A stretch of 64,000 bases of DNA from Burkholderiaceae bacterium (GTDB lineage Bacteria > Pseudomonadota > Gammaproteobacteria > Burkholderiales > Burkholderiaceae_E): the NCBI GenBank assembly GCA_040401595.1, contig JBBAOE010000003.1:139459-203458 (forward strand), in the 5' to 3' direction. Made by a program: the position numbers and the translations under genes. Shown here piece by piece: positions 34,808 to 44,056 of the stretch. How positions within the stretch are numbered: position 1 is the first letter of the stretch; the number at the start of each line of letters is the position of its first letter. The notes beneath the pieces are model-generated. The model was given only the letters and a program-made list of their open reading frames with translations, had not been told where the DNA came from and did not search any database.

Positions 34808-35983
34808 TCAGAGCCCCAGAACCATCTGCGAAACGATATTTTTCTGAATTTCATTCGATCCACCAAAGATCGAAAGCTTGCGCAGGTTGCAATAAAGTGG
34901 TGCCAGGCCTGCCGCATGTTCGGGGCCTACCTCATCGCGCTCGAACAGCAGGCCATAGGGCCCGACAGCCTGCAACATGAGTTCCGAGAGGCTCTGGAGG
35001 ATTTCGGTCCCCTTGATTTTAAGGATTGACGGCATCGCGCCAGGGGCTTTGCCGCCCTCGGCGACCGAGAGCAGACGCAGGTTGGTCATTTCCAGAGCCA
35101 TCAGCTCGATCTCGACCCGGGCGAGGCGGGCGCTGAAGACCGGATCGTCCTTGAGGGGCCGGCCATGACGCTGCTCGGTGGTGGCGATTTTCTTGAGTCG
35201 CCCCAGGGTGCGCTTGCTGACCCCGATCCCGCCCAGATTCGTACGTTCGTGTCCGAGCAGGAATTTGGCATAGGTCCACCCCTCGTTTTCCTGGCCAACC
35301 AGATTCTCAACGGGTACCCGAACGTCTTCGAACCACACCTCGTTGACTTCCCGGCCGCCGTCGAGCAGCGTGATCGGGCGTACGGTAATGCCCGGCGTCT
35401 TCATGTCGATGAGCAGAAAACTGATGCCCCGCTGCGCCTTGGCTGCGGGGTCGGTCCGTACCAGACAAAAAATCCAGTCCGCATACTGGCCCAGTGTGGT
35501 CCAGGTTTTCTGTCCGTTGACGACGTAGTGGCCGGTCGCTGCATCGAGGACTGCACGTGTTTTGAGCGAGGCGAGATCAGAGCCTGAACCCGGCTCCGAG
35601 TAGCCCTGACACCACCAGTCCTGCGCAGCCGCGATTCGGGGCAGGAACTTCGACTGCTGATCGGCGGAACCAAATTTCATGATGACCGGTGCGACCATCT
35701 TGATGCCAAAGGCCGGCAACGGTGGCGCTGCTGCCCGGCTGCACTCTTCATCGAAAATGAATTGCTCGATCGAGGTCCATCCAGGTCCGCCAAATTCCCT
35801 TGGCCAATTGGTGGCTCCCCAGCCCTTTCGGTGCAGGATACGATGCCATTCGATGTACTCGTCGCGCTCGAGCGGGCGCGTGCTTGCCACCTTCGCGCGG
35901 ATCGTTTCGGGCAGGGAGGATTCGATGAAGCTACGGACTTCGAGACGAAATGCTTCCTCAGCCGGGGTGAAATTCAGATCCAT
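34808..35983 (-). CDS. Acyl-CoA dehydrogenase family protein
   Basis: ATG 35983 reads MDLNFTPAEEAFRLEVRSFI. Other motifs are WCQGYSEPGSGSD and IFGGSNEIQ. It lies 5 bp upstream of the next ACAD, so the two may form a heteromeric pair. Confidence 0.85.
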   Translation of the reverse strand: MDLNFTPAEEAFRLEVRSFIESSLPETIRAKVASTRPLERDEYIEWHRILHRKGWGATNWPREFGGPGWTSIEQFIFDEECSRAAAPPLPAFGIKMVAPVIMKFGSADQQSKFLPRIAAAQDWWCQGYSEPGSGSDLASLKTRAVLDAATGHYVVNGQKTWTTLGQYADWIFCLVRTDPAAKAQRGISFLLIDMKTPGITVRPITLLDGGREVNEVWFEDVRVPVENLVGQENEGWTYAKFLLGHERTNLGGIGVSKRTLGRLKKIATTEQRHGRPLKDDPVFSARLARVEIELMALEMTNLRLLSVAEGGKAPGAMPSILKIKGTEILQSLSELMLQAVGPYGLLFERDEVGPEHAAGLAPLYCNLRKLSIFGGSNEIQKNIVSQMVLGL

Positions 35984-36002
35984 GAATAGTCTCAAAATAT
36001 AT

Positions 36003-36019
36003 TGGCATATTAGATGCCA
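36003..36019. promoter_or_regulatory. Inverted repeat TGGCAT-N5-ATGCCA upstream of the ACAD pair
   Basis: It lies in the AT-rich 106-bp spacer between the ligase stop (36090) and the ACAD start (35983). Two GACGTCA copies follow at 36033 and 36042. Confidence 0.3.
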
Positions 36020-36089
36020 TTATAGATGTTTTGACGTCAGGGACGTCATGAAGTAGCGGGCGCTAAGGGTCTGGCTAAGCGACCCGGTT

Positions 36090-37748
36090 TCAACGGGCAC
36101 GCTCTCGGTCTTGCAGCAGCCGCCATTGAACCTTTCCGGTACCGGACTTTGGCAGGGTCGACACGAATTCGATCAGGCGCGGTACTTTGTACGCGGCCAT
36201 GTGTGCGCGGGCCCAATCGATGATGGCTTCTTCGCTCACCTTGCCCAAAAAATCTGGGCGCAGAACTACCACCGCCTTGACGGTCTCCCCGCGTATCGGA
36301 TCTGGGGCGGCAATGATGCAGGCCTCGTGGATCGCGGGATGTCCGTACAGCAGCGATTCGACTTCCGCCGGCCAGACTTTGAAACCCGATGCATTGATCA
36401 TGCGTTTGAGTCGGTCGACCATGAAGAAATAACCATCCTCATCGACCCGACCAAGGTCCCCGGTACGCAGGAACCGTTTGCCATCGAGCGTGATGAAGGA
36501 TTCTTCGTTGGCCTTGGGCTGGTTCCAGTACCCCTGCATGATGGGCGGACCGTGAACGACGATCTCCCCGGTTTCGCCCTGGGCGAGTTCGGTCAGCGTG
36601 CTCGGGTCGATAATCCGGGAATCCACGCCTACAAAGGGGATCCCCAGACATTGACGCTTGGGCCGCTGGGGTGGATTGACATGGGTGGGCGCCATGGTCT
36701 CTGTCATGCCATAGCCCTCGACGTAGGACACTCCCAGCAACCGGTGCATGCGCGCAGCCACGGCTTCCGGCATCGCGGCACCTCCGCCATTGATCCGCTG
36801 GATAGACGACAGATCAAAGGTCTCCAGTTCGGGATGGGCCAGCAAATCCACCACCATGGCAGCGATCAGGCTGAGCGCATTGATGCGATGGCGGGTGATG
36901 CATCGCAGCGCGACATCGCGGTCCCAGCGCGCCAGCACGACCACCGTGGCGCCCAGATAGAGCGGCCCATTCATGCTGCCTTGCATACCCGTGACATGAA
37001 AAAAGGGCAGCGCTGCGAGGAACACCGTTTCGTTGTGGGTGCTGAACCAGGTGAGCGGAACGACGGTGTTGTGCATGACACTGCGATGCGTATGCATGCA
37101 ACCCTTCGGATTGCCGGTCGTGCCTGAGGTATAGGGCATGACGCACAGATCACCGGCTTGCGAGGTGCGGGTCGTTGCCCGGTGGCCTGCGGCGATTGCG
37201 GTGACCCAAGGCGTCGCGCCCGGAAGATCGAGCGCCACGCGTGGTTCGCACACGAAGTCGGGGATATTCAGATCGGTGGGAACGCGGAGATAGTCGCTGT
37301 AGCAGGCCACCACCAGGTGGTCGAGGGTTTGCGACAGCAGCGGCGCAACTTCGCCCAGGAGGTTTTGCGCAACGATCGCCGTTTTCGCGCCTGAGTCGCG
37401 CACCATGTGCGTCAACTCTTCGGTTCGGTTCATCGGATTGACAGGAACCACGACTGCCCCTGCACGCAGGATGGCGTAAAAACCGATGATGAACTGCGGA
37501 CTGTTTTGCAGATAAAGAACAACCCGCTCGCCCGGGCGCACACCGCAGGGGCCTTGCAAATGACCGGCCAGAGCCTCACAGTCGTCCCTGAACTGCGCGA
37601 ACGTCAGTGGACTGTCATAGAAGATGAGGAAGTTCTTGTCGGGCCACCGCCAGGCGGAAATTTCGACGTTGGCGTACAGATCCGTGTCCGGCACCGAGAG
37701 GGTGCGCGGCAGTCCCGGTGGCCAGTGAGGCCAGTGCAGATCGCTCAT
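36090..37748 (-). CDS. AMP-dependent acyl-CoA synthetase/ligase
   Basis: Trimmed to ATG 37748 (MSDLHWPHWPPGLP). Motifs: YTSGTTGNPKG, GYGMTE and TGDLGRVDEDGYF. Confidence 0.85.
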   Translation of the reverse strand: MSDLHWPHWPPGLPRTLSVPDTDLYANVEISAWRWPDKNFLIFYDSPLTFAQFRDDCEALAGHLQGPCGVRPGERVVLYLQNSPQFIIGFYAILRAGAVVVPVNPMNRTEELTHMVRDSGAKTAIVAQNLLGEVAPLLSQTLDHLVVACYSDYLRVPTDLNIPDFVCEPRVALDLPGATPWVTAIAAGHRATTRTSQAGDLCVMPYTSGTTGNPKGCMHTHRSVMHNTVVPLTWFSTHNETVFLAALPFFHVTGMQGSMNGPLYLGATVVVLARWDRDVALRCITRHRINALSLIAAMVVDLLAHPELETFDLSSIQRINGGGAAMPEAVAARMHRLLGVSYVEGYGMTETMAPTHVNPPQRPKRQCLGIPFVGVDSRIIDPSTLTELAQGETGEIVVHGPPIMQGYWNQPKANEESFITLDGKRFLRTGDLGRVDEDGYFFMVDRLKRMINASGFKVWPAEVESLLYGHPAIHEACIIAAPDPIRGETVKAVVVLRPDFLGKVSEEAIIDWARAHMAAYKVPRLIEFVSTLPKSGTGKVQWRLLQDRERAR

Positions 37749-37764
37749 GGCGGCTCGGTCCGGC

Positions 37765-38538
37765 TCAGATAATGCTCGAGCCGCCATCGACTGCGATGGC
37801 CTGTCCCGTGATGTGGCGGGCTGCATCGCTGGCGAGGAACACAACGGCGCCCTTCAGGTCCTCTTCTCCGCCAATACGGCGTAGCGGCGTGCGGGCCATC
37901 AGCGAATCGGCAAATTTCTCGATCAGTGCATTGGCCATTTTGGAGGGGAAAAACCCTGGGCAGATGGCATTCACATTGATGCCGTATTGGCCCCATTCTG
38001 CCGCCAGTGCGCGGGTGAAGTTGATCAGGGCTGCCTTCGACGTGTTGTAGGCAATCGTCTGCATGCCCGGGGGGTTGCCCCTGAGACCCGCAATGGAGGC
38101 CAGATTGATGATCTTGCCGCGCCCTGCAGGGATCATGATGCGACGACCGACTTCGCGAGACAGATGAAACGGAGCGTCGACGTTGAGCGTCATCACTTTG
38201 CGCCAGGCCTCGTCCGGATAACTTTCCGCAGGCGCGCCCCAGGTGGCCCCCGCGTTATTCACCAGAATGTCGATCGTTCCAAATCGAGCGATCACCGCGT
38301 CAACCAGCGGCGCGACGTTCTGGGCTTGGCTCAGATCACAGGGAACTGCCAGCACTTCGAACCCTTGAGCTTCGAGCGTTGCCTGCGCCTCCGAGAGTTC
38401 AGCTGGCTTGCGGGCACAAATGGCCAGTTTGCAGCCCATCTCGCCCAACGCTTCGGCCATCTGCAGGCCAAGACCACGTGAAGCACCCGTCACCAATGCG
38501 ACCCGATTGGTCAGATCAAACAATGCCTTGACACTCAT
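37765..38538 (-). CDS. SDR-family oxidoreductase (FabG-like)
   Basis: ATG 38538 has an upstream GGAGGTGGGTGG. Motifs: VALVTGASRGLG and YNTSKAAL. Confidence 0.85.
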   Translation of the reverse strand: MSVKALFDLTNRVALVTGASRGLGLQMAEALGEMGCKLAICARKPAELSEAQATLEAQGFEVLAVPCDLSQAQNVAPLVDAVIARFGTIDILVNNAGATWGAPAESYPDEAWRKVMTLNVDAPFHLSREVGRRIMIPAGRGKIINLASIAGLRGNPPGMQTIAYNTSKAALINFTRALAAEWGQYGINVNAICPGFFPSKMANALIEKFADSLMARTPLRRIGGEEDLKGAVVFLASDAARHITGQAIAVDGGSSII

Positions 38539-38681
38539 CCACCCACCTCCAAATTCGATTCGCGATAAAGTTCCGCGACTCAATGATTTTCTGAACGCTT
38601 TCGACAGCTCTGGCGAACACGGTATCGCTTACGCCCGAGCAACGTCAATCGTGGTCAACCCGCCCAATTTGGAGATCCACC

Positions 38682-39662
38682 ATGAACGCTCTGATGTGCC
38701 ACGCCTGGGGGCCTATTGATCAACTTCGTCTTGAAGAAGTTGATGATCCGCATCCCGGACCAGGCCAGGCGGTCGTCGATGTGCATGCCGCGTCGGTGAA
38801 CTTTCCGGATGCACTGATCGTTCAGGGCAGCTATCAGGTCAAACCGCCCTTGCCGTTTTCGCCCGGTGCGGAGCTGGCCGGTGTCGTGCGTGAAGTGGCG
38901 CCCGATGTCACCCATGTCAAAGTGGGGGACCGCGTCATTGCATTTCCGGGCTATGGCGCGTTCGCCGAGCGTTGCCTCGTGGATGCGGCCCGCTTGATGC
39001 CTCTGCCTGCCGAGATGGATTTCGACACCGGCGCATCCTTCATGCTGACCTACGGCACCTCGATCCACGGCCTGCGCACGATCGGCAAACTGCAGGCGAA
39101 CGAAACCCTCCTGGTCCTGGGGGCTGCAGGCGGGGTCGGTCTTGCTGCCATCGAGATCGCTCGCGCGATGGGGGCCAACGTGATCGCTGCGGCATCCAGT
39201 GATCAGCGCCTGGCGCTTTGTCGCCAACATGGCGCGCAAGAAACCATCAATTACAGTACGGAAGACCTTCGGGCCCGGATCGATGCGCTCACGTCACGCC
39301 GCGGCGTTGATCTGGTCTACGACCCGGTCGGCGGCCCTCTGGCGGAAACCGCCTTGCGCTCCACAGCCTGGCGCGGCCGCTATCTCGTAGTTGGGTTCGC
39401 TGCTGGTGAAATCCCGAAGATTGCACTCAATCTGGCGTTGTTGCGCGAGCGCGCCATCCTGGGCGTGTTCTGGGGGGATGCGATGCGTCGCGAACCAGCC
39501 TTATTGAAAAACGATATGAAAACGCTGGTGGGCTGGTTTCACGAGGGTAAGGTCCGCCCTGCGATCCAGGAGCGCGTTGGCCTGGCAGGTGCTGCCGACG
39601 CCATTGCGCGTATGGCCCGACGTGAAGTGATTGGTAAGGTCGTCGTTCTTCCCCAGCAATAG
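38682..39662 (+). CDS. NADPH:quinone oxidoreductase-like MDR protein
   Basis: A GroES-like N-terminus is followed by VLGAAGGVGLAAIEIA, a Rossmann motif. Confidence 0.85.
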   Translation: MNALMCHAWGPIDQLRLEEVDDPHPGPGQAVVDVHAASVNFPDALIVQGSYQVKPPLPFSPGAELAGVVREVAPDVTHVKVGDRVIAFPGYGAFAERCLVDAARLMPLPAEMDFDTGASFMLTYGTSIHGLRTIGKLQANETLLVLGAAGGVGLAAIEIARAMGANVIAAASSDQRLALCRQHGAQETINYSTEDLRARIDALTSRRGVDLVYDPVGGPLAETALRSTAWRGRYLVVGFAAGEIPKIALNLALLRERAILGVFWGDAMRREPALLKNDMKTLVGWFHEGKVRPAIQERVGLAGAADAIARMARREVIGKVVVLPQQ

Positions 39663-39671
39663 AGAAACCCC

Positions 39672-40118
39672 ATGCTCACCATTGAAAACCTGCGTCACCG
39701 AATCGGCGAAGAAATTGCCGTCAGTGAATGGCTTGAAATTGATCAGAACCGCGTCAACCTCTTTGCCGATGCCACCGATGACCATCAGTGGATTCATGTC
39801 GATGTCGATCGGGCCCGGCGGGAGTCGCCCTACGGTGCTCCGATTGCTCATGGCTTTCTGACGCTCTCGTTGCTGGCGCGTTTTTCGGGTGAACTCCTGC
39901 GAGCCGACGGCGTGCGGCTCGGTCTGAATTATGGTCTCGACAAAGTCCGTTTTATTTCACCGGTGCGTGTCGGTGACCGCTTGCGTGCCCGCTACACGCT
40001 CGGAAGTCTTACCGATGTCGACGGTGGGGTCCAGGTGAGTTGGACGGCGACGATCGAAATCGAGGGGGCGGAAAAGCCAGCCTGCGTTGCGCAGACGCTG
40101 GTGCGCTGGCTGTTCTAG
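39672..40118 (+). CDS. MaoC-family (R)-specific enoyl-CoA hydratase, hot-dog fold
   Basis: DDHQWIHVD and IAHGFLTLSL are typical MaoC dehydratase motifs. Confidence 0.85.
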   Translation: MLTIENLRHRIGEEIAVSEWLEIDQNRVNLFADATDDHQWIHVDVDRARRESPYGAPIAHGFLTLSLLARFSGELLRADGVRLGLNYGLDKVRFISPVRVGDRLRARYTLGSLTDVDGGVQVSWTATIEIEGAEKPACVAQTLVRWLF

Positions 40119-40137
40119 CCACCTAGTCATGGCGCAC

Positions 40138-40155
40138 GGGCTCCGACCGGAGCCC
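40138..40155. terminator. GC-rich hairpin between convergent genes (possible bidirectional terminator)
   Basis: GGGCTCC-gacc-GGAGCCC is a perfect 7-bp stem. There is no U-tract on either side. Confidence 0.3.
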
Positions 40156-40162
40156 CGCCGGG

Positions 40163-40858
40163 TCAGACCTCCAGCCACTCCTTGCGGATCGCGGCATTGT
40201 CCTTGAGATCCTTAGCACTGCCCTCGAAAACGATCTGACCATGGCCCATGACGTAGAGGCGCTTGCTGATGCGCAGCGCGATCGTGAGCTTTTGTTCGAC
40301 CAGCAGAATCGAGACGCCTCGCTCGGCGATCCGGGCGAGTAGTTCGCCAACGAGTTCGACCATTTTGGGCGCTAACCCCTCGGTCGGCTCGTCGATCATG
40401 ACCAGGTCCGGGTCGCCCATCAACGTCCGGCACATCGTCAACATCTGCTGTTCGCCACCCGACAGCACGCCACCCGGTGTCTCGGCCCGTTCACGCAGCC
40501 GGGGGAACAGGTTGAACATGTCCTCCATATTCCAGCGCTTGGACGGCGTTGTCGATTTCATCCCGAGGATCAGGTTTTCACGAACAGTGAGACGGGGAAA
40601 GATGTCCCGGTTCTCAGGGACGTAACCCAGCCCCGCACGGGCAATTTCGTGGGGCTTGAGGCCGCTGATTTCCTGGCCCTTAAATCGGATGGATCCCTGC
40701 CGGGTGACGTCACCCATGATTGCCTTGATCGTGGTCGAGCGCCCCACGCCGTTGCGACCGAGCAGGGAGACGATTTCGCCACTGCCAACGTGAAAGTCAA
40801 CGCCGCGCAGGATATGACTTTTGCCGTACCAGGCATTCAGACCGTGAACTTCAAGCAT
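40163..40858 (-). CDS. livF: Branched-chain amino acid-type ABC transporter ATP-binding protein
   Basis: Walker A is GRNGVGRST, the signature is LSGGEQQML and Walker B is VMIDEP. Confidence 0.9.
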   Translation of the reverse strand: MLEVHGLNAWYGKSHILRGVDFHVGSGEIVSLLGRNGVGRSTTIKAIMGDVTRQGSIRFKGQEISGLKPHEIARAGLGYVPENRDIFPRLTVRENLILGMKSTTPSKRWNMEDMFNLFPRLRERAETPGGVLSGGEQQMLTMCRTLMGDPDLVMIDEPTEGLAPKMVELVGELLARIAERGVSILLVEQKLTIALRISKRLYVMGHGQIVFEGSAKDLKDNAAIRKEWLEV

Positions 40859-40896
40859 GGTGAGGGGGCAGGTCAGGGGCTGCAGGGCGAGGCATC

Positions 40897-41667
40897 TTAT
40901 TCATCCGCATGTTCTGCGGTTCCAAGATACGCCTCCTGAACCGCAGCGTTGGATCGGATCCGCTCGGGGGTGTCGGTCGCAATCACTTGTCCATAGACCA
41001 GGACCGAGATCCGGTCAGCCAGGTCAAACACAACCCCCATATCGTGTTCGACGATGATGAGTGTCTTGCCCTCACTCACTTTACGGATCAGATCGACCGC
41101 GTAGTCGGTCTCCGAATGACTCATGCCCGCGGTCGGTTCGTCGAGCATGATCACATCAGCACCACCCGCGATCGTGATGCCGATCTCCAGTGAACGTTGT
41201 TCCGCATAAGAGAGAAGCCCGGCGGGAATATCCCGGCGCGCCGTCAGGTTGATCTGCTCGAGAATTTCTTCGGCGCGCTCGCGGGCATCGCGCAGTCGTT
41301 CGATACCTTGCCAGAAGGAATATCGATAGCCGAGCGACCACAGGACACCGCAGCGAACGTTCTCAAACACGCTCAGGCGCGGGAAGATGTTGGTGACCTG
41401 AAAACTGCGTGAAAGGCCGCGGCGATTGATTTCGAAGGGCGCCAGCCCCGTGATCTCTTCGCCTTTGAGCCATATGTGGCCCGAGCTCAGCGGGAAGCGT
41501 CCGCTGATGAGATGAAAGAGCGTGGATTTTCCGGCCCCGTTCGGGCCAATGATGGCGTGTCGCTCGCCTTGTCGTACTGCAAGTTCGACGCCCCGGATGA
41601 TCGGAGTGACGCCAAAGCTTTTGTGAAGATCAACGAGTTTCAGGGCGGGTGCGTTCGTCATGATCAA
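40897..41667 (-). CDS. livG: Branched-chain amino acid-type ABC transporter ATP-binding protein
   Basis: GPNGAGKST, LSYAEQRSLEI and IMLDEPTAG. It overlaps livM by 4 bp. Confidence 0.9.
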   Translation of the reverse strand: MIMTNAPALKLVDLHKSFGVTPIIRGVELAVRQGERHAIIGPNGAGKSTLFHLISGRFPLSSGHIWLKGEEITGLAPFEINRRGLSRSFQVTNIFPRLSVFENVRCGVLWSLGYRYSFWQGIERLRDARERAEEILEQINLTARRDIPAGLLSYAEQRSLEIGITIAGGADVIMLDEPTAGMSHSETDYAVDLIRKVSEGKTLIIVEHDMGVVFDLADRISVLVYGQVIATDTPERIRSNAAVQEAYLGTAEHADE

Positions 41668-43016
41668 CGGACCCCAGCAGTGATCGTTGAACGGCTGTTT
41701 GAAGTCGACCCGTCGACATTCGCCGTGGCCGGAGGTTTGGGCTTGGCGTCATCGGGCACAGAACGCTCACCGACAGTGGCCTCGGTCCACGCCGTCGCCA
41801 CGATAGGCCAGGTGCGCCGAAACGCAAGGTAGCTGACCACAATTAGCGCAGCGATCAAACCCCAGGCCGTCGGTGAATCCGCTTCATACGAGAAGCCAAG
41901 GAGGCGCATCTGCATCCCCTCGGCTGATTTGACGAGAACGTGATGACTCGTTTCAATGAAGAAAATGATCCCGGCGAAGAGGCTGAGCCCCGGAACGGCA
42001 GCGAATCCATACGCCGGGACCAGCCTGGTCAAGCCCTGTCGCGTGGCAACCTGGCGATGCATGAGCAGGAGTCCTGCGAGCCCGCCAGGGGCATACATCA
42101 CCATCAGAACGAAGAGCATGCCCAGGTAGAGCAACCAGGCGCCGGTGATGTCCGACAGTGACTGCATGGCGGTCAGCAGGATGGCGCCCAGGATGGGCCC
42201 GATGAAGAATCCGGTTCCGCCAATAAAGGTCATCAGCAGAACGAATCCCGAAGGACCAGCACCGACGACCCCAGACGTGACGATTTCGTAATGGATGGCG
42301 GCGAGTCCGCCGGCAATCCCGGCAAAGAAACCCGCAATACAGAACGCCAGGAAACGAACCATGTGGGTGCTGTAGCCCACAAACTCAGCGCGCTCCGGAT
42401 TGTCGCGTACTGCGTTGCAGATCTGTCCGAGCGGGGTTCGGGTGAACGCGTACATGAGCCCTGAGCAAATCAGACACCAGACTCCGATCAGGTAGTAGAC
42501 CTGGATCTGGGGGCCGTAGGTCAATCCAAAGAGTTGCAGGGTCGAGGTTCGGCTGGTTGAGATGCCGCCCTCGCCGCCGAAGAAGCCACGCAGGATGAGC
42601 GAACAGGCGGCAACCAGTTCGCCGATCCCGAGCGAAATCATCGAAAACGCAGTACCAGCGCGCTTGGTCGATACCCAGCCCAGGGGCGCTGCGAACAGCA
42701 GACCGGCGATCCCGCCGACCAGGGGAACCAGGGGGAGAGGAATCGGGAGTTTGTTGGCAGCGATGATGTTGAGCGCATGCGCGGTGATAAATCCCCCCAG
42801 CCCGTAATACACCGCGTGACCAAAGGAGAGGATCCCGGTTTGACCGAGGAGGATGTTGTACGAGAGCGCGAAGATGATCGCGAATCCGATCAGGCTCATG
42901 ATCGAAATTGCTGCACCACTCGAGAAGACGTGGGGCAGAATGAGGATCATTGCGATCCCACCAAGCCAGGGCAGGGCACGGGTCATGACGCTCACCAATC
43001 CATCCTCATGTGTCAC
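41664..43016 (-). CDS. livM: Branched-chain amino acid-type ABC permease with a C-terminal Pro/Lys/Ser-rich tail
   Basis: Polytopic LivM-like core. The last ~50 aa (SVPDDAKPKPPATANVDGSTSNS) are low-complexity. Confidence 0.85.
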   Translation of the reverse strand: MTHEDGLVSVMTRALPWLGGIAMILILPHVFSSGAAISIMSLIGFAIIFALSYNILLGQTGILSFGHAVYYGLGGFITAHALNIIAANKLPIPLPLVPLVGGIAGLLFAAPLGWVSTKRAGTAFSMISLGIGELVAACSLILRGFFGGEGGISTSRTSTLQLFGLTYGPQIQVYYLIGVWCLICSGLMYAFTRTPLGQICNAVRDNPERAEFVGYSTHMVRFLAFCIAGFFAGIAGGLAAIHYEIVTSGVVGAGPSGFVLLMTFIGGTGFFIGPILGAILLTAMQSLSDITGAWLLYLGMLFVLMVMYAPGGLAGLLLMHRQVATRQGLTRLVPAYGFAAVPGLSLFAGIIFFIETSHHVLVKSAEGMQMRLLGFSYEADSPTAWGLIAALIVVSYLAFRRTWPIVATAWTEATVGERSVPDDAKPKPPATANVDGSTSNSRSTITAGVR

Positions 43017-43956
43017 GGTTCCCCATGAGGCCCTGTGGTCGGAACATCAGGACCAGGACCAGCAAGAGATAGGGGATGATCGGCGCGACCTGCGCGATCG
43101 TGGCCATCCACAGATCCCCAGCGAATGAATTTGGATCGAGTTTGATGCCGAAAAGTGCGGTGACGTCTGCGATCGAAACGTTAATCGCAACCGCAAAGGT
43201 CTGGATCAGCCCGATGGCAAGTGACGCGATGAATGCCCCTAGGAGCGACCCAAGTCCACCGACGACGACGACCACGAAGAGGATAGGCCCGAGCGAGGCG
43301 GCCATCGCGGGCTGCGTGACGAGTGCCGGCCCAGCGATGACCCCGGCTAGGGCGGCCAATCCGCAGCCAAAGCCAAACACCATCATGAAAATCAGCGGGA
43401 CGTTGTGCCCGAGCATTCCGACTGTATTGGGATGCGAAAGGGCAGCCTGGATGATCAGACCAACGCGGGTTTTGGTGAGCAGGGTCAAGAGCGCCACAAA
43501 GGTCGCTACCGACACCACCAACATAAACATCTTGAAGGCCGGGAAGGTCGTTTCAAACAGTGTGAACGCCGGGAAGTTCAGGAGTTCGGGGACCCGATAG
43601 TCGACGGCCACCTTCCCCCAGATCATCTGCACCCCTTCCTCGATGATAAAGGCGAGGCCAAACGTAAAGAGGAGTTCCGCGACATGGCCAAATTTGTGCA
43701 CGGTGCGAAGGCCGAACCGCTCAACCAACGCACCGATAAAGCCAACGAGGATGGGCGCCAGGACCAGACCTGGCCAATAGCCAACGTAACGGCTGATCTG
43801 GTAGCCGAAGTAGGCGCCGAGCATGTAGAAGCTCGCGTGGGCAAAATTCAGCACGCCCATCATGCTGAAAATGAGCGTCAATCCGCTCGCCAGCAGAAAC
43901 AGTAGCATGCCGTAAAGCAGTCCGTTCAGGCTGGAAAAGATAACGAGTTCGAGCAC
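43006..43956 (-). CDS. livH: Branched-chain amino acid-type ABC permease
   Basis: LNGLLYGMLLFLLASGLTLIFSMMGVLNFAH is a typical LivH N-terminus. Confidence 0.9.
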   Translation of the reverse strand: MLELVIFSSLNGLLYGMLLFLLASGLTLIFSMMGVLNFAHASFYMLGAYFGYQISRYVGYWPGLVLAPILVGFIGALVERFGLRTVHKFGHVAELLFTFGLAFIIEEGVQMIWGKVAVDYRVPELLNFPAFTLFETTFPAFKMFMLVVSVATFVALLTLLTKTRVGLIIQAALSHPNTVGMLGHNVPLIFMMVFGFGCGLAALAGVIAGPALVTQPAMAASLGPILFVVVVVGGLGSLLGAFIASLAIGLIQTFAVAINVSIADVTALFGIKLDPNSFAGDLWMATIAQVAPIIPYLLLVLVLMFRPQGLMGNRDT

Positions 43957-44003
43957 GGGGCGGTCGCTTCAGTCAGCGGAATAGATGGTTGCGGCGGGAG
44001 CGG

Positions 44004-44023
44004 GATCCTGAGTCTTCAGGATC
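44004..44023 (-). other. Intercistronic hairpin between the binding-protein gene and the permease genes
   Basis: GATCCTGA-gtct-TCAGGATC is a perfect 8-bp stem with a 4-nt loop. It sits in the 100-bp gap after the SBP stop. Confidence 0.4.
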
Positions 44024-44056
44024 ACCACCCCATTCCGCAGGAACCGACGGCTTCGA

